Below are positions 63,741-64,000 of a DNA stretch of 64,000 bases, in pieces (the first letter of the stretch is position 1; each line of letters starts with the position of its first letter). The notes under the pieces were generated by a model. That model made no database searches, had not been told where the DNA came from, and saw only the letters and a program-made list of their open reading frames with translations. The translations under genes and the position numbers were made by a program. The DNA lies in contig NC_135805.1 in the NCBI RefSeq assembly GCF_964213995.1, forward strand, positions 122,264,001 through 122,328,000, in the 5' to 3' direction. The stretch is from Mustelus asterias (taxonomy: Eukaryota).

Positions 63741-64000
63741 TCTTGAGCATGATTGGGTATAGGTACTCCAGGCTGCTGAAACTAGAATCCAGAGAGAAAT
63801 TTCACACAATTGTAAGACCGTGCATGTGAACAGCTGCTGAGTATGGACATGCTACTTTTGTTACATGTGGGAATGCTGAGAAAAGAGATTTTGCATTTTG
63901 AAGAAGAGAGCATAACCCTTTTTATTGCCTTCTGATGTATAAAATGTTTCCCGCATTTATGTTGAGCATTTTGATTTTGCATGTAATTGTAGTCTGTCTC

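Noticed and set aside
57981-64000. Search for the next PDZ1 exon (GIFISR...GDKLLEV-like)
   Set aside because: Not found by eye in the remaining 6 kb. It probably lies beyond the window, so the complete PDZ domain is unconfirmed.

Overview
Vertebrate genomic DNA, almost certainly a shark (inferred from HE1-type V-SINEs, HER1/CR1 LINEs, Deu-domain SINEs and shark-type Penelope repeats). Most long ORFs in the track are transposon debris: CR1 copies of several subfamilies, Rex1/Babar fragments, Penelope-like elements with hammerhead-ribozyme motifs, one full-length Gypsy LTR element and a solo LTR. The host gene on the + strand is LRRC1 (Lano): its last two canonical exons are at 896-1029 and 9962-10120 and end in the PDZ-binding motif TSV*. 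The three strongest observations are: (1) 40-48 kb past that stop lie open, phase-0, Scribble-like exons (50700-50912, 53291-53536, 57891-57980), the last encoding the start of a Scribble PDZ1 domain, and a phase-0 donor inside the terminal LRRC1 exon could link to them, suggesting a PDZ-bearing long isoform of the 'LAP and no PDZ' gene; (2) two apparently independent Penelope insertions hit the same nucleotide of the CR1 reverse-transcriptase gene in two different CR1 copies, suggesting site-targeting of one retroelement by another; (3) the Gypsy element has no tRNA-type primer-binding site but a 15-bp self-complement to its own LTR, plus a YLDN RT motif. All homology calls are from memory and manual reading; no searches were run, and boundaries of old repeats are approximate.
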